Under the pieces are notes generated by a model. It ran no database searches and was not told where the DNA came from. It saw nothing but the letters and a program-made list of their open reading frames with translations. Shown here piece by piece: positions 48,253-60,809 of a stretch of DNA of 64,000 nt; positions within the stretch are counted from its first letter, which is position 1, and each line of letters begins with the position of its first letter. Source of the stretch: Polypterus senegalus (Eukaryota); assembly GCF_016835505.1 (NCBI RefSeq), contig NC_053155.1, positions 74,532,088-74,596,087 of the forward strand, given 5' to 3'. A program made the position numbers and the translations under genes.

Positions 48253-49482
48253 TACACTCACCTAAAGGATTATTAGGAACACCTGTTCAGTTTCTCATTA
48301 ATGCAATTATCTAATCAACCAATCAATCACATGGCAGTTGCTTCAATGCATTTAGGGGTGTAGTCCTGGCCAAGACAATCTCCTGAACTCCAAACTGAAT
48401 GTCAGAATGGGAAAGAAAGGGGATTTAAGCAATTTTGAGCGTGGCATGGTTGTTGGTGCCAGACGGGCCGGTCTGAGTATTTCACAATCTGCTCAGTTAC
48501 TGGGATTTTCACACACAACCATTTCTAGGGTTTACAAAGAATGGTGTGAAAAGGGAAAAACATCCAGTATGCGGCAGTCCTGTGGGCTAAAATGCCTTGT
48601 TGATGCTAGAGGTCAGAGGAGAATGGGACGACTGATTCAAGCTGATAGAGGAGCAACTTTGACTGAAATAACCACTCGTTACAACCGAGGTATGCAGCAA
48701 AGCATTTGTGAAGCCACAACACGCACAACCTTGAGGTGGATGGGCTACAACAGCAGAAGACCCCACCAGGTACCACTCATCTCCACTACAAATAGGAATA
48801 AGAGGCTACAATTTGCACGAGCTCACCAAAATTGGACAGTTGAAGACTGGAAAAATGTTGCCTGGTCTGATGAGTCTCGATTTCTGTTGAGACATTCAAA
48901 CGGTAGAGTCAGAATTTGGCGTAAACAGAATGAAAACATGGATCCATCATGCCTTGTTACCACTGTGCAGGCTGGTGGTGGTGGTGTAATGGTGTGGGGG
49001 ATGTTTTCTTGGCACACTTTAGGCCCGTTAGTGCCAATTGGGCATCGTTTAAATGCCACAGGCTACCTGAGCATTGTTTCTGACCATGTCCATCCCTTCA
49101 TGACCACCATGTACCCATCCTCTAATGGCTACTTCCAGCAGGATAATGCACCATGTCACAAAGCTCGAATCATTTCAAATTGGTTTCTTGAACATGACAA
49201 TGAGTTCACTGTACTAAAATGGCCCCCACAGTCACCACATCTCAACCCAATAGAGCATCTTTGGAATGTGGTGGAACGGGAGCTTCGTACCCTGGATGTG
49301 CATCCCACAAATCTCCATCAACTGCAAGATGCTATCCTATCAATATGGGCCAACATTTCTAAAGAATGTTTTCAGCACCTTGTTGAATCAATGCCACATA
49401 GAATTAAGGCAGTTCTGATGGGGAAAGGGGGTCAAACACCGTATTAGTATGGTGTTCCTAATAATCCTTTAGGTGAGTGTAT
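48253..49482 (+). mobile_element. intact Tc1-like DNA transposon: perfect 31-bp terminal inverted repeats, TA target-site duplication, uninterrupted 346-aa transposase ORF
   Basis: 5' repeat TACACTCACCTAAAGGATTATTAGGAACACC (48253-48283). The 3' end 49452-49482 is its exact reverse complement. TA flanks at 48251-52 and 49483-84. Total length 1230 bp. Inserted inside a (TA)n(CA)n microsatellite. Confidence 0.85.
48407..49447 (+). CDS. Tc1-family transposase, full-length open reading frame (346 aa)
   Basis: MGKKGDLSNFERGMVVGARRAGLSISQSAQLLGFSHTTISRVYKEWCEK... (paired helix-turn-helix) ... KNVAWSDESRFLL (first D) ... FQQDNAPCHKA (second D) ... PQSPHLNPIEHLW (E) ... VLMGKGGQTPY*. No stops or frameshifts. 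By manual count 36 residues separate the second D and the E, against 34 in Sleeping Beauty. Confidence 0.85.
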   Translation: MGKKGDLSNFERGMVVGARRAGLSISQSAQLLGFSHTTISRVYKEWCEKGKTSSMRQSCGLKCLVDARGQRRMGRLIQADRGATLTEITTRYNRGMQQSICEATTRTTLRWMGYNSRRPHQVPLISTTNRNKRLQFARAHQNWTVEDWKNVAWSDESRFLLRHSNGRVRIWRKQNENMDPSCLVTTVQAGGGGVMVWGMFSWHTLGPLVPIGHRLNATGYLSIVSDHVHPFMTTMYPSSNGYFQQDNAPCHKARIISNWFLEHDNEFTVLKWPPQSPHLNPIEHLWNVVERELRTLDVHPTNLHQLQDAILSIWANISKECFQHLVESMPHRIKAVLMGKGGQTPY

Positions 49483-50669
49483 ATAGATATATATACACAT
49501 ACATACATATATACACACACACACACGTATGGTATATACAGTGAATCATTAATATTCGCAGGAGTAACATTGCAAGAAAAAGGTGCAACAATCAAAGATG
49601 CAAATGTTAACAGAAATTATGGGAAACAGAAGGTTAGGTTTCCACAACCACCAAAAACTAATATTTTGCTAGCGATTGCTCAAAAGACCACTTTTCCTGC
49701 ATGGATTTCTTTATAACAAAATATTTCTTATAATGTGCATTTTTCAAAATATCCCGTAAAAGGCAGTGCACAAAATAAAATTGGTATCATGCAAAACATT
49801 TTTTCTTGCTAGTCTTTCTCTGAAATTCTGCCAAAAAGAAAAAAAAAACTTTTAGTTACTAATATTGTAAGACACCAAGACTGGCAAGGTCTCAACATCA
49901 CCTCTGACACTCTCTCCTTAACTCCTGTCTACAAATTAGAAGGATTCACATGCATTTCACAACCATTATCATGGCTAAAAATGTAAGCAAATAGAGTTTT
50001 CTGTGTGGTCCCTCTATTTTACAGTCTATAATTTATATCTGAAATGTGCCATCATTAATCAAGTACACTATAAATTCAGCAGGTTTTTGATGCAATAGTT
50101 ACAACATTCTCCACTTACCTTAGACTCGTTATTTGTGAATACTTTTAACTCAGGAAATTATTGAATCATCTATGAAAGTGCAAACCAGCAAATCCCACAA
50201 AGTTCTGAGATCACTTATTACCACAAACCTTCTAATCCCTGTTTCAATCTTATAATATTTATTGCAATAGCATACAGCTTTGTAGACCCACTGACAGACC
50301 ACTGTGCTCTTCTGCTCGAAATGCTGTTTGCCTGTGCTGTGGTTCATGGCAGTGTGCCTAGAATGTGGACCTAGAGTACTGGGACAAGTATTTGATACTG
50401 TAAGAATGTAGTGTTTTACAAACAGAAACTGTGCAAATTTACTAATATAGATTTTGTGCAAGTACCGTATGGTGTTATTGTTGCATGCTAGTTTGCAATT
50501 TAACTTTACAGTGTTTGTAAAGTGTTTATAAGTGTAGTGTGATTAACAAGAATAAGCTGAAATGAATCATGCCAGCAGCCTTGGAAAGTTTCATTTTCAC
50601 TGTTTTTGTAACAGAAACAGAACAAAACACACAATTATCTTATACTATAATGTGCAAAGGAGTACATAC

Positions 50670-50757
50670 CTTTAATTGGTGAACAGCTTTCTTTTGGTGT
50701 CTCCGGTGCCACTGAAGCAGGTGTGGTTGCACTGAATTTTAGTAAGCCTGGAGGACT
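50670..50757 (-). CDS. cenpj: cenpj exon
   Basis: Acceptor ttcttttataaaag and donor AAG|gtatgt. Phase 0 to 1. Encodes SPPGLLKFSATTPASVAPETPKESCSPIK. Confidence 0.6.
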
Positions 50758-50804
50758 CTTTTATAAAAGAACAAAGTCATATTACTGAAGTCTAATTAAT
50801 GTCA

Positions 50805-50935
<131 letters not shown>

Positions 50936-51902
50936 ACAAAGAATATTATGACTATCATAATTAATCTTATTGTACTGGACTTCAGTCAGGTATATAACAA
51001 AAATTAGCACTCAGTGTCTTTCTTGCATCTCATGCTCATTTGTAGTTATGAAATAAATGTTCATTATCAAATAACTTTGCAGGGTTAGAGCAATCATTCC
51101 AAATAAGTTCAACACAATAGATGTCATCTGATAGCTGCCATAGTCACCTTACTTACATAGTCACACTACTATTAAATAAAATATATTTCAGCCTTTATAA
51201 GCATTTATAAAAGGTCAAGGGATAAACAGAAAAATGTGAAAAAGAACTGAGACACACTGGTAAATCATGAAAAAAAAAAACCACATTTACAAATAAATGT
51301 CAAATACAGTTATGTTATCAGATGTATTAATATAAAATGATGAAGCATCATAATAATTGTTCCACTAAACCCCAAAGCATTTTTGAAGTCATCAAACAGT
51401 ACATTAGCTTAAATGTAATCCACATAATCATTTCATCAAATCCACTGTAATTTAGATTTAGTGGAGAAAGATTTATAGAAATTTCTAGAAATAAAATAGC
51501 ATAGGAAGAAGAACTGGAAATTTCATAAGATCCAGCCACCCATCTAATTTCTTAACAAGCTCACTGAATACACATTGAACATTAACAAAAAAAAAAAAAA
51601 GTTATTATACTTAAATTATTACTAAATCAGCATAACATAACTGATCACATTTTCTGTTTAATAGGTTTTAGAAAACCAGCTGATTGCATGCGTAACAAAG
51701 GCATACACATATTCTGAAACTAATTTTAAATCCAAAAGAAACTTGATTTATTAAAACACAAGTTCTAAAATAAATACCTAGAAATGTAACCTTTTAGCAA
51801 AAATAAAAGACTATTTGCCTTACATTTTTTCACATTTAATAAAAAAATGTTTACATTTACCATAGGCTTTAGCTTTTGATTGCAGGATACTATACTGTCC
51901 AC

Positions 51903-52106
51903 CTGTTTATGTTTCTCATTTTCTGCTTCCATTTTTTTCCAAGCTTCAACTCTAAGTCTTTCCATCACCTTAAGTTCATTTCGGAGGTCTCCGTTTTCTT
52001 TTGTGAGAGACTCCAATTGTTTTTTAAGGCGGCTAAAGGTATTGGACCATCTTGTCTCTTTTCGTTTTAGTTCTTCTTGTAATTCAGTCACTTGCTGCTT
52101 TAACGC
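51903..52106 (-). CDS. cenpj: cenpj coiled-coil exon
   Basis: Acceptor ttctttttgtag and donor CAG|gtggac. Phase 0 to 0. Encodes [68 protein letters not shown], which shows heptad-like charged periodicity. Confidence 0.7.
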
Positions 52107-52224
52107 CTACAAAAAGAATTTTCTTAATACTGCACAACCACCACCACCAATTGATGAATAATTTGTCTCTAAGTCACCTTAGGATGTTTTTATAAATAAA
52201 ATCAAAGGAAATAAGGAGTATTAC

Positions 52225-52390
52225 CTGCATTTCTTCACGTTCTTTTTTGTCAGGGATAGCTCTTGCAGCTGCAGCATATTTTTCAAACACTTTTCGCTCT
52301 TTTTGTAATTTTCTCATTTCTTCTTTTTTATATTCTTCCAAACGAGTTAGCTCATCTGCTTTTACTTTTTCAAAATCTGCTACCTTTTTC
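52225..52390 (-). CDS. cenpj: cenpj coiled-coil exon
   Basis: Acceptor gcattattacag and donor CAG|gtaata. Phase 2 to 0. Encodes (R)[55 protein letters not shown]. Confidence 0.7.
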
Positions 52391-52934
52391 CTGTAATAAT
52401 GCAACCGCTAAAATAAAATTCTTTAGAAAACTAATTGAACTCCATATTAACACAACATTAATATTATGGAATAAAAAAATAATTGTTAATGCAGTAATAA
52501 ACTGCTTTGCACATATGCAACTGCACCCTAGTGATCAACAAACCATATCAATGTGCATAAAACATGCTAGAAACAAACTACACAACATTGCAGTACATTA
52601 TACAAGTGGTTATCTGTGCATCATTTTAGAAATGTTTGCCTTTTTTCCTGTTCAAATTGCTATTTAACTTGAAATGGAACGACACCACAAGTAAACTGTA
52701 TGTGAGCCAACTGTGCACTGATAATATTCTATAATCCAATGTCCCTATACAACTGGCTATCACCTAAGCCAACAGTCTATTTCTCATATAATGTACCCCG
52801 TTGACACCGTTTTGCTTATGTCTAACAGTGTGTTGTATTAAAGAGGCATTAGTACTTTTTCCTGTTCAAATAGCTTTGGACTGTGTTGTAACCCATTTTC
52901 TTTTAACAGCTAGTGTATTAATGCAATAATATAC

Positions 52935-53067
52935 CTCCATTCTTCTGAAGCCTTATTACTCTCCTGGCGTTGGTTTTCCAAAGCAGAATTTAAAGTTCTA
53001 AACCTCTCAATTTCAGCCTCCAGTTCAAGACATCGCTTATTCAACAAATCAGATTGTGCTTTGCTCT
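52935..53067 (-). CDS. cenpj: cenpj coiled-coil exon
   Basis: Acceptor tcctaattgcag and donor AG|gtatat. Phase 1 to 2. Encodes (E)SKAQSDLLNKRCLELEAEIERFRTLNSALENQRQESNKASEEW(R). Confidence 0.7.
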
Positions 53068-53365
53068 CTGCAATTAGGATGAAAAAATGTTCAGCTTTAT
53101 ATGCATTATTTTAAATACAATCAGAATAAATTAGAACACATTATTAAGAAAAAAGTTAAGGATTACTCAACACTGTGAAACTCCTTTATTAACTAAAAAC
53201 CATTCCTCCACTCAATCTTAGTCACAACTTGACTGTGTTTAGGACCACCTCAAACAGAATCTGGTATTTGCCTGCTTTCACTTGCTTTTCAATCCAGCTT
53301 CCAAATCTGGTAATGTCTTTTGGTCATAATGAATTACTTTATTAATGTTCAAATGTATACACATA

Positions 53366-54938
53366 CAGTGGGTATAAAAAGAATCGCCCCCTTTGAAATA
53401 TTCCCTTTTTTACTTTACAGCCTTAAATGAAAACACACACAAAAAATATTTCTTCCCAGCTTTACTTTCTCAATGCAACCGATAACCTCCAAGTGAAAGA
53501 TATCATAGCTACAGTTCAGAAAAATTGCAAAAAAATCAAAAACAAGACATACTGAGATTAATAAAAGATTATCCCCCAATGTCAATATTCTTTTGAACCA
53601 CCTTTTGCTTTAATGACAGCCTTGAGTCTGTTGGGATACTTCTCGGTCAGCTTTGCACATCTAGATTGAGTAATATTTGCCCACTCTTCTTTACAGTTTA
53701 ACTGTTCAAGTTCGATCAAATCAGATGATGAGTGTTGGTGGATTGCTATCTTCAAACCTTTCCACAAATTTTCAATGGGATTTAAGTCTGGGCTCTGACT
53801 GGGCCACACGAGGACATTCATTTTTTCTCCTTCAGCCTCTGTGTGGTCAATTTTGCTGTGTGCTGTGGGTCGTTGTCATGTTGAAAGGTGAACATTCTGC
53901 CCATCTTCAACTTTCTGGCGGAGGGTAGCAGGTTTTCCTCAAGAATTTGACGGTATTTTGCCCCCTACCCTAACAAAAGCCCCAGACCCTGCGGCAGAGA
54001 AACACCCCCACAACAGGATGCTGGCACCTCCATGCTTTACTGTAGGCATGGTGTGTTGTGGATGGTGAGCAGCACTGGATTTCCGCCAGGTGTACCGTTT
54101 GGTATTGAGGCCAAATAGTTTGAGTTTGGTCTCATCTGACCATAAGACCTTTTTCCACTTGACTTCAGAATCTTCAAGGTGCATTCTGGCAAAGCTCAAG
54201 CAAGCCTTAATGTAGCCTTTCTTGAGAAGTGGCTATTTCCTTGTGACCCTCCCAAACAAGCCACAATTGTGGAGCACTTGTAAAATCACATGCACACAAT
54301 GACCATTCTTTGCCATAAAATCCTGTAACTCCTTCAAAGTGGCCATTCGCCTCTTGGTAGCCTCTCTTACCAGTTTCCTCCTTGCTCTTCCATCCTATTT
54401 TGAGGGACGGCCGGATCCAGGGAGGGTCCTAGTAGTACCAAACACTTGCCACTTCTTTATTATGGACTTTACTGTGCTCCTTGGGATTAATAATCCTTTG
54501 AGATTTTTTTGTATCCATCTCCTGTCTTATGTCTGTCCACAACTCTATCCCTGAGATCTTTTGAAAGTGACTTGCCACTCATAGTCAGTTGTTTGTTGTC
54601 AGTTGCGCTACCCAGCAAGCAAATGCTCCACTAATCACACGGATTACAGTTGATCACAGGTTGAAGTCAATATCCATGGTCTACAATGGAAATGGCGGTT
54701 ACTTACCCCTGAGTGAGTTTAGGAGGGGGGTAATCCTTTATTAATCTCAGTATTTCTTCTTTTTTATTTTTTAAAATTCTTCTGAACTGCAGCTGTGATA
54801 TCTTTCACTTGGATGTTATAGATTGCATTGAGTAAGTAAAGCTGGAAAAAATTTTGGTTTGTGTGTTTTCATTTAAGGCTGTAAAGCAAACAAAATGGGA
54901 ATATTTCAAAGGAGGTGATTCTTTACTATACCCACTGT
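53366..54938 (-). mobile_element. Tc1-like transposon (IR/DR type), complete ends, decayed transposase, inside a cenpj intron
   Basis: Terminal inverted repeats cagtgggtataaaaagaatcgccccctttgaaatattccc (53366-) and gggaatatttcaaaggaggtgattctttactatacccactg (-54938), with TA on both flanks. Each arm carries the internal direct repeat expected of IR/DR Tc1 elements. - strand ORFs ...[22 protein letters not shown]...[18 protein letters not shown]... and ...WPSQSPDLNPIENLW...IKAKGGSKEY are in different frames. Confidence 0.8.
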
Positions 54939-55257
54939 AGATAGCCAGGTTGTATACATTTGTAAATTTTATAACAGTGCCACTAGTGGGTTCAAATGGT
55001 CCATCACTTTAAAAACATATTTAAAAAATTATAGGCACAATAACAATGGATGTATCATGTTTTTACTACCTTATTCAAATTTTAGGTATTCATTAAATGT
55101 ATTAAAAGATAAGGTACTCTGAATTTGAAATATGCACACTATACAAACATTTCAATTATATACCGGACTTTGTAGCCAGGAAAAGTCTTCACCATCATTT
55201 CTCAGATTTTATTACATTATGATACAGTAGTGTATTTATAAAAACATTCTTTCTAAC

Positions 55258-56824
55258 CTGGACTTTGCTGGGATTCTGTGCTGGTCACAGTATTTTGAAC
55301 TACTGCAGGCTTGTTCTTAGGCTTCAGAGATGGAAAAAGCTTCACCATTAATTCTGAGGCTGGCTGCTGTTCTATTCTGTTATCAAGAAAAGTATCTCCT
55401 GATTTGCGGTCACCAGTCTTTCCATTTGCCACCTTTCTTTTCATCTCTTTATTTGCTACAGTTCGGTCAATTGCAGTACAATGAATATGCAAGCGATCAA
55501 CAACTTCATCATTCCCAGCAGTTTCTAGATGACCATGTTTGTCAAACACCTCCAGATCATTCCAGGTATCATCATCATCAAAGGTCAAGGGATCTATATT
55601 GCCTGGCTGTAGTTTACATTTCTTTTCAATAACAGTCGATTCATCACTTGTATATCCAACCTCATCCACATGCACACCATCACTTTCATCTTCACTCTCT
55701 TTGGTGTGATCTTGGTAAGCGGTTTTATCATAGAGGTTGATATGTTGACATGGAGTAATCTCAGATGTCAATACTCCTTGACTTATGCAGGGTTGCAAAG
55801 CTGTATCATCATCCTCCACCTCTGAATCTGAAATATCCTGACAAGATTCAGAACACCTATTTGCTCCTTCTTGGTCATTTGTAAAGCTTGCACTTTTTTT
55901 TGAAATGCAATTTAAAATAATAGCCTTGTTGCTGGCTACATGTGTTCTTTTGCAGTCTAGGGTTTCTTGTATTATTTGGGATAAAGTCTGCACTTTTCCA
56001 TCTCTTGTAAATGGGCTGATTTTGGCAGTTTGCTGATGTTGTTTTAAGGTCTTAATGGGTGTAGAAGACAATCTATGCCCTGTCTGGCCCTGCACATCCA
56101 AATGCAATACCTTTTGCATGAAAGAGGAGTTGCTTGAAAAGGATATTTCATCTGCAGCTTGCTCCAACAGCTCAAATTCATTCAATTCAAGATTCTCTTT
56201 TTCTTTTTCTTCATCCCACTTTTCAATCTTCTTTTGAAAGGATAAATCAAATGAATACTCCTGTCCAGATGGTGGAACATTTCTTGCAGTTCTCGAAATG
56301 CTGTACTGTTTATTTCTTTCATAAGTCATTGGGTTTAAACTAGCAGATGAATGCATTTTAGCACTTATAGAATCACTAACTTTAGAAACCTCCTCACTAC
56401 TCCAATTAGCTTTTACAGGAAATGGTTTCACTAGTGTTTTTTCCACAGGTTTTACTTGTATTTTTGGTTCAGTTAACAGTTTGGGTGGAACTTCAGCAGT
56501 GTTTTCTCCACTTTGGTGCCCAAAACTGTTAGTCTCTTGTATATGGTTCATTTTGCAGAGACTGTGAGTATCTGCCTTTTTTTGCAGTCCAATATCTTTA
56601 CCAGAGAGATTTTTTTTCTTTAGCACAGATGTTTTGCGCTGTACTTGTGGCTTGTTTATCTTTGATACAGATTTTGCCTGTGCAACCTTTTCAGCGTTAA
56701 TAGGTTGTGTTTCCTTACAAGGTGGTTTAACTGGAAAACTACGGCTTGTGAATCTTGCTAAACCTTCCCCACGCTTCAGAAATGGTCTTTTAGTGTTGCC
56801 TTTAACTTCAGCTTTAGCAGACAT
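55258..56824 (-). CDS. cenpj: cenpj large central exon (~522 codons, low-complexity Ser/Lys/Glu-rich)
   Basis: Acceptor ctctttttatttttcag|ATG at 56825/56824 and donor CCAG|gttaga at 55258/55257. Phase 0 to 1. The 1567-nt open frame reads MSAKAEVKGNTKRPFLKRGEGLARF...VTSTESQQSP(E). Human CENPJ likewise has one very large central exon followed by ten small ones. The initial M is not a start codon; the exon is internal. Confidence 0.7.
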
Positions 56825-58423
56825 CTGAAAAATAAAAAGAGCAATTAAATATGGGACTACTTTGTCTAGATATAGTATAGCAAAGATATATTACAATTAA
56901 AGTTAACTGCAAATTACAAATACTAGCTAATTAATGTATATTGCAATTTAATCATGAAATGTTAACCTGCCTTCACCCTGCATATTTTAGCCAAATATTT
57001 TACCTTTAATTAATTGACTTTTTCGTGAAGAAGACCCTAGCTTTTCATAATGTACAGTGTCATGTCAAAGCAAATGCACCACATGAAAAGATTTGTTTTT
57101 GGACAAAAGGATATTTAGTAAGTATTTGACATATTTATCATATTTCTAATAAAAAACAACATTGAAACAAATTAATTATTCATTTATTTGTATTATTTAA
57201 ATCAACAGTATTGTACACAAAATGTTAGTATAGCCCTACCTTCATAAATTTATCAAATGCCTAAAATTAGAATCAGGTACATCCAAACAACTGCAAATGA
57301 TCAGAAAGCCGTTACCCAGTATTATGGAGGGCTTCACCTTATTTGAATAACAGAAACCTATGATGTTGTTTGGTTTCAGCAATTGAGCTCAGATGGTCTG
57401 GGAAGAGTTTTAAAGCCATTTACGAGTATTATGTAATGAATCACTCTACTGTGTGAAAGATCAGCTATGAATGCAAAAATTTCAACCCAATGGTAATCTA
57501 TCTAAGACAGGTAGTCTCTTTAAATTCAGGATCAATGCTGACTAAAATATGCCTTGAAGAGTTTTTCAAGAACCCAAGGATAGGATCAAGGTATTTCCAG
57601 GAAAAATCTTACCTCAGCTATCATCAAAATGCATGAATCAACCATCCAAAATTGACTGCACAATTTGGCCGACCTGAGAAATGAACAGGAAGAGGAGGAA
57701 GGAAGAACTGGACTTTCCAGAAAAAAAGGTGAACATAAGATGCTGTCAGGGGCATGGCAAAGTAGTGCCTGAATGGATTATGATGGGAGGTCCTGAACAG
57801 AGAAAAAGTTATGGGAGTAAATAAAAAAAAAAAAAATCTAAGAGGAAGATGTGGCACCATGTGAGTGTTGGGGTCATTTGCCCACTTCATTGAAAAAAAA
57901 GTTGAGAAACAAATGCAATACAAATTCCTTTTGAACCATTGTGAATAGAATGATGTAATGAAATGCTGTATGCAGTTGAGAGGGATATCATGGCCTGATC
58001 ACAGCCTGGCACGAAGAGAAAAATGCTTTTGTTGATATAGAAAAAAGCAAATGCATGCTAGCTACACAATTACACAAGGGCAAGAACTGACAAAAAGGTT
58101 TGCCAGAAACTAGTCTGAGAAATGCTAGAACTTAAATGTACCTCACTATTCACTTTAAACAACTGCACTTGAAATCAGGGAATAGCAAGATTGCTCTTGG
58201 GGAACTATAGCTTCTGTACACACCTTCTTTCCATTCAGAAGCATAAGCCAAGACTTATTCTAGTGAACAACTCACTGTTCTTTACAGTTAGGAGATGTGA
58301 ACTTTAGTACAAGAGGAGAAATTGCTGAGAAACTGGGAATTAAAGGTTCAGTGTAAAGCAAGTATACAGAGTTGTATTTGTAAAAGGATTTTAGTAGAAC
58401 TCGAAATGGAGAGATGGTGGAGC

Positions 58424-59050
58424 TACAGTATCTCACAAAAGTGAGTACACCCCTCACATTTTTGTAAATATTTTATTATATCTTTTCATGGGACAACATT
58501 GAAGATATGACACTTTGATACAATGTAATGTAGTCAGTGTACAGCTTGTATAGTAGTGTAAATAGTGCTGTCCCCTCAAAATAACACACAGCCATTAATG
58601 TCTAAACCGCTGCCAAAAAAAGTGAGTACACCCCTAAGTGAAAAAAGTCCAAATTGTCCCCAATTAACCATTTTCCCTCCCCGGTAGTGTTACAAGGTCT
58701 CAGGTGTGAATGAGGAGAAGGCGTGTTATCGCTCTCACACCCTCTCATACTGGTCTCTGGAAGTTAAACATGGCACCTCATGGCAAAGAACTCTGAGGAT
58801 CTGAAAAAAAGAATTGTTGCCCAAGACCATAACGGTTGTCTTTTGAAAATAGACGTACGAGTGCTGCCAGCATTGCTGCAGAGGTTTGGGGGGTCAGCCT
58901 GTCAGTGCTCAGACCATATGGCGCACACTGCATCAAATTGGTCTGCATGGCTGTCATCCCAGAAGGAAGCCTCTTCTAAAGATGATGCACAAGAAAGCCC
59001 GCAAGCAAAAAAAAAGTTTGCTTAAGACAAGCAGAATACCTTGTGAATAC
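58424..59050 (+). mobile_element. Tc1-like transposon 5' fragment (terminal repeat plus transposase N-terminus)
   Basis: 5' terminal repeat TACAGTATCTCACAAAAGTGAGTACACCCCTCACATTTTTGTAAATATTTTATTATATCTTTTCATGGGACAAC..., with the internal repeat ...aaaaagtgagtacacccctaagtg. ORF MAKNSEDLKKRIVAQDHNG...LPALLQRFGG..., followed by frameshifted ...TIWRTLHQIGLHGCHPRRKPLLKMMHKKARKQ. Truncated near 59050. Confidence 0.7.
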
Positions 59051-59821
59051 TTTGCCTGAAGAAGGTGTCTGAGTTGCCTCGAAAGCTTGCATATTGTAAT
59101 CTTTTTAGTTAGCCAATAAAAGGTGTCACTGTGCTTGACTTTTCACTAAATCCAAAATATAGTAATCCCAAAGCATAACAGCAGAAACAAAAGCATCAGA
59201 TGTCCAAAACAATTAAACATGTGGCAAAAAAAAAAAAAAAACTCACTCTGCAGTGTAGCTTAATTTAATCAGTTTTACTTTTACTTTGCATTTCACCATG
59301 GCATTTTATTATCCTTTTCTAAATGTGGCAGCAAGAACATATACATACGTACATACATAATGTACACACGCGAGTGTACACACATAGGCATATTTTAAAG
59401 AAGGAAAAAAGTCAGAACAGAAATTCAAATTAACATAATATTGTATTAGCCACAGATTTCTAGCATTTAACCATTTGCATGAATGAACTTGGAAAGCTAA
59501 ATGAACAATTGCTCATTTCAGCCTTTTGTTTATATTATAGCAGGTATAACTAGCTCTGGATTAAAAACTGTACTATTCAACTGTACAACACAGCGAACAT
59601 CACATAATAGCAAAGCTCCATTTTGTGTTCACAAAACATCATTGGCACACTATTTACCAAAGGTAAAAGCACACAGGTGATTCAATTCTAAAGCAACAGC
59701 TAAATAAATTAAAAAAGAATCTGTATAAATGGTCATAAACTACAACACATTTATAAATTCACTTTCATAAATTCAACTAATTCAAAAAATGAACAAAGCA
59801 AAAGGATCAAAGAAAACTGAC

Positions 59822-59927
59822 CTTTACTGGTTCTGTACACTTAAGTCTTTCTTCTTCTAGCTTTAACTGTTCTTCCAGCATCTCTTCAAATGACTGCATT
59901 TTCATCCCAATTCCAGGATTAATGGGC
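59822..59927 (-). CDS. cenpj: cenpj exon immediately upstream of the large exon
   Basis: Acceptor ttcctttattag and donor AAG|gtcagt. Phase 2 to 0. Encodes (x)PINPGIGMKMQSFEEMLEEQLKLEEERLKCTEPVK. Confidence 0.6.
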
Positions 59928-60424
59928 CTAATAAAGGAAAAACAACTAACTTCTGAGTTTCCTTATTAAATTAGGAAAATATGAATATTTGCTACTATAA
60001 TCATAAGACATAACAAATGAACATGACAGGATGTTATAGTCTGGAAGTACTTCAATTTGCTTCTGGTCCTTTATCATCCTAACATACACTGAAAATGTGT
60101 AGAAATGTAACAAGTATTTAAAGAAACCTGAAATCAAAATAGCACCATATTACCACATATTTATCATGCTTTATACGAGTTCACCACTATAGCACCAAGT
60201 CCTACTAACCCCTGATATCCATTTTCTTACCTAAACCCTGTGTTACTCAGATTCTGAATTCTTCCCATCTACCATATATTGAAAATACAGCTACTTCCTT
60301 CTTTGTGTGCGTTGTTTACCAGAAATATGAAGGATGTAACAATAAGCATCATAATGAATGAATAAGGCTTCAAAATAAAAGCCATGTAAATCAAACATTA
60401 ATTATAGGCATGAATACCATACCA

Positions 60425-60560
60425 TTTTATAAGCCACTTAATCCCGAGTAGGGTTTTAGGAGACTGGAGCCTATTCCGGCAAACAAGGCAGGAACAATCC
60501 ACTGGATAGGGCGCTAGTCCATCGCAGGTGAACACACTCACACATCATATATTCACTTGA
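60425..60560 (-). repeat. teleost LINE/SINE 3'-tail fragment
   Basis: ...ggagactggagcctattccggcaaacaaggcagg...ccactggatagggcgctagtccatcgcagg is the reverse complement of the ...cgatggactggcgccctgtccagggtg...gctgggataggctccagc... tail motif. Confidence 0.4.
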
Positions 60561-60809
60561 TCATGAATAACTTATTTAATAATAAATATGATTATTTTTT
60601 ATATAGTTTATTTTATTAAAATCAAAAAATATTACACACATGCAAGTCAAATTTAACAAAACTGATTTGAAACAATTCGACCCCCATCCATGAGAAAGAG
60701 AGCTAGGTCAGCAAAGTAGCACTTCAATAATACTGTTGTAAAAATATGTAAAATAAATGAAGAAAAATTGATAGAATAGAAAAAGAGGGCAGAGAATTCA
60801 CTTCCTCAA

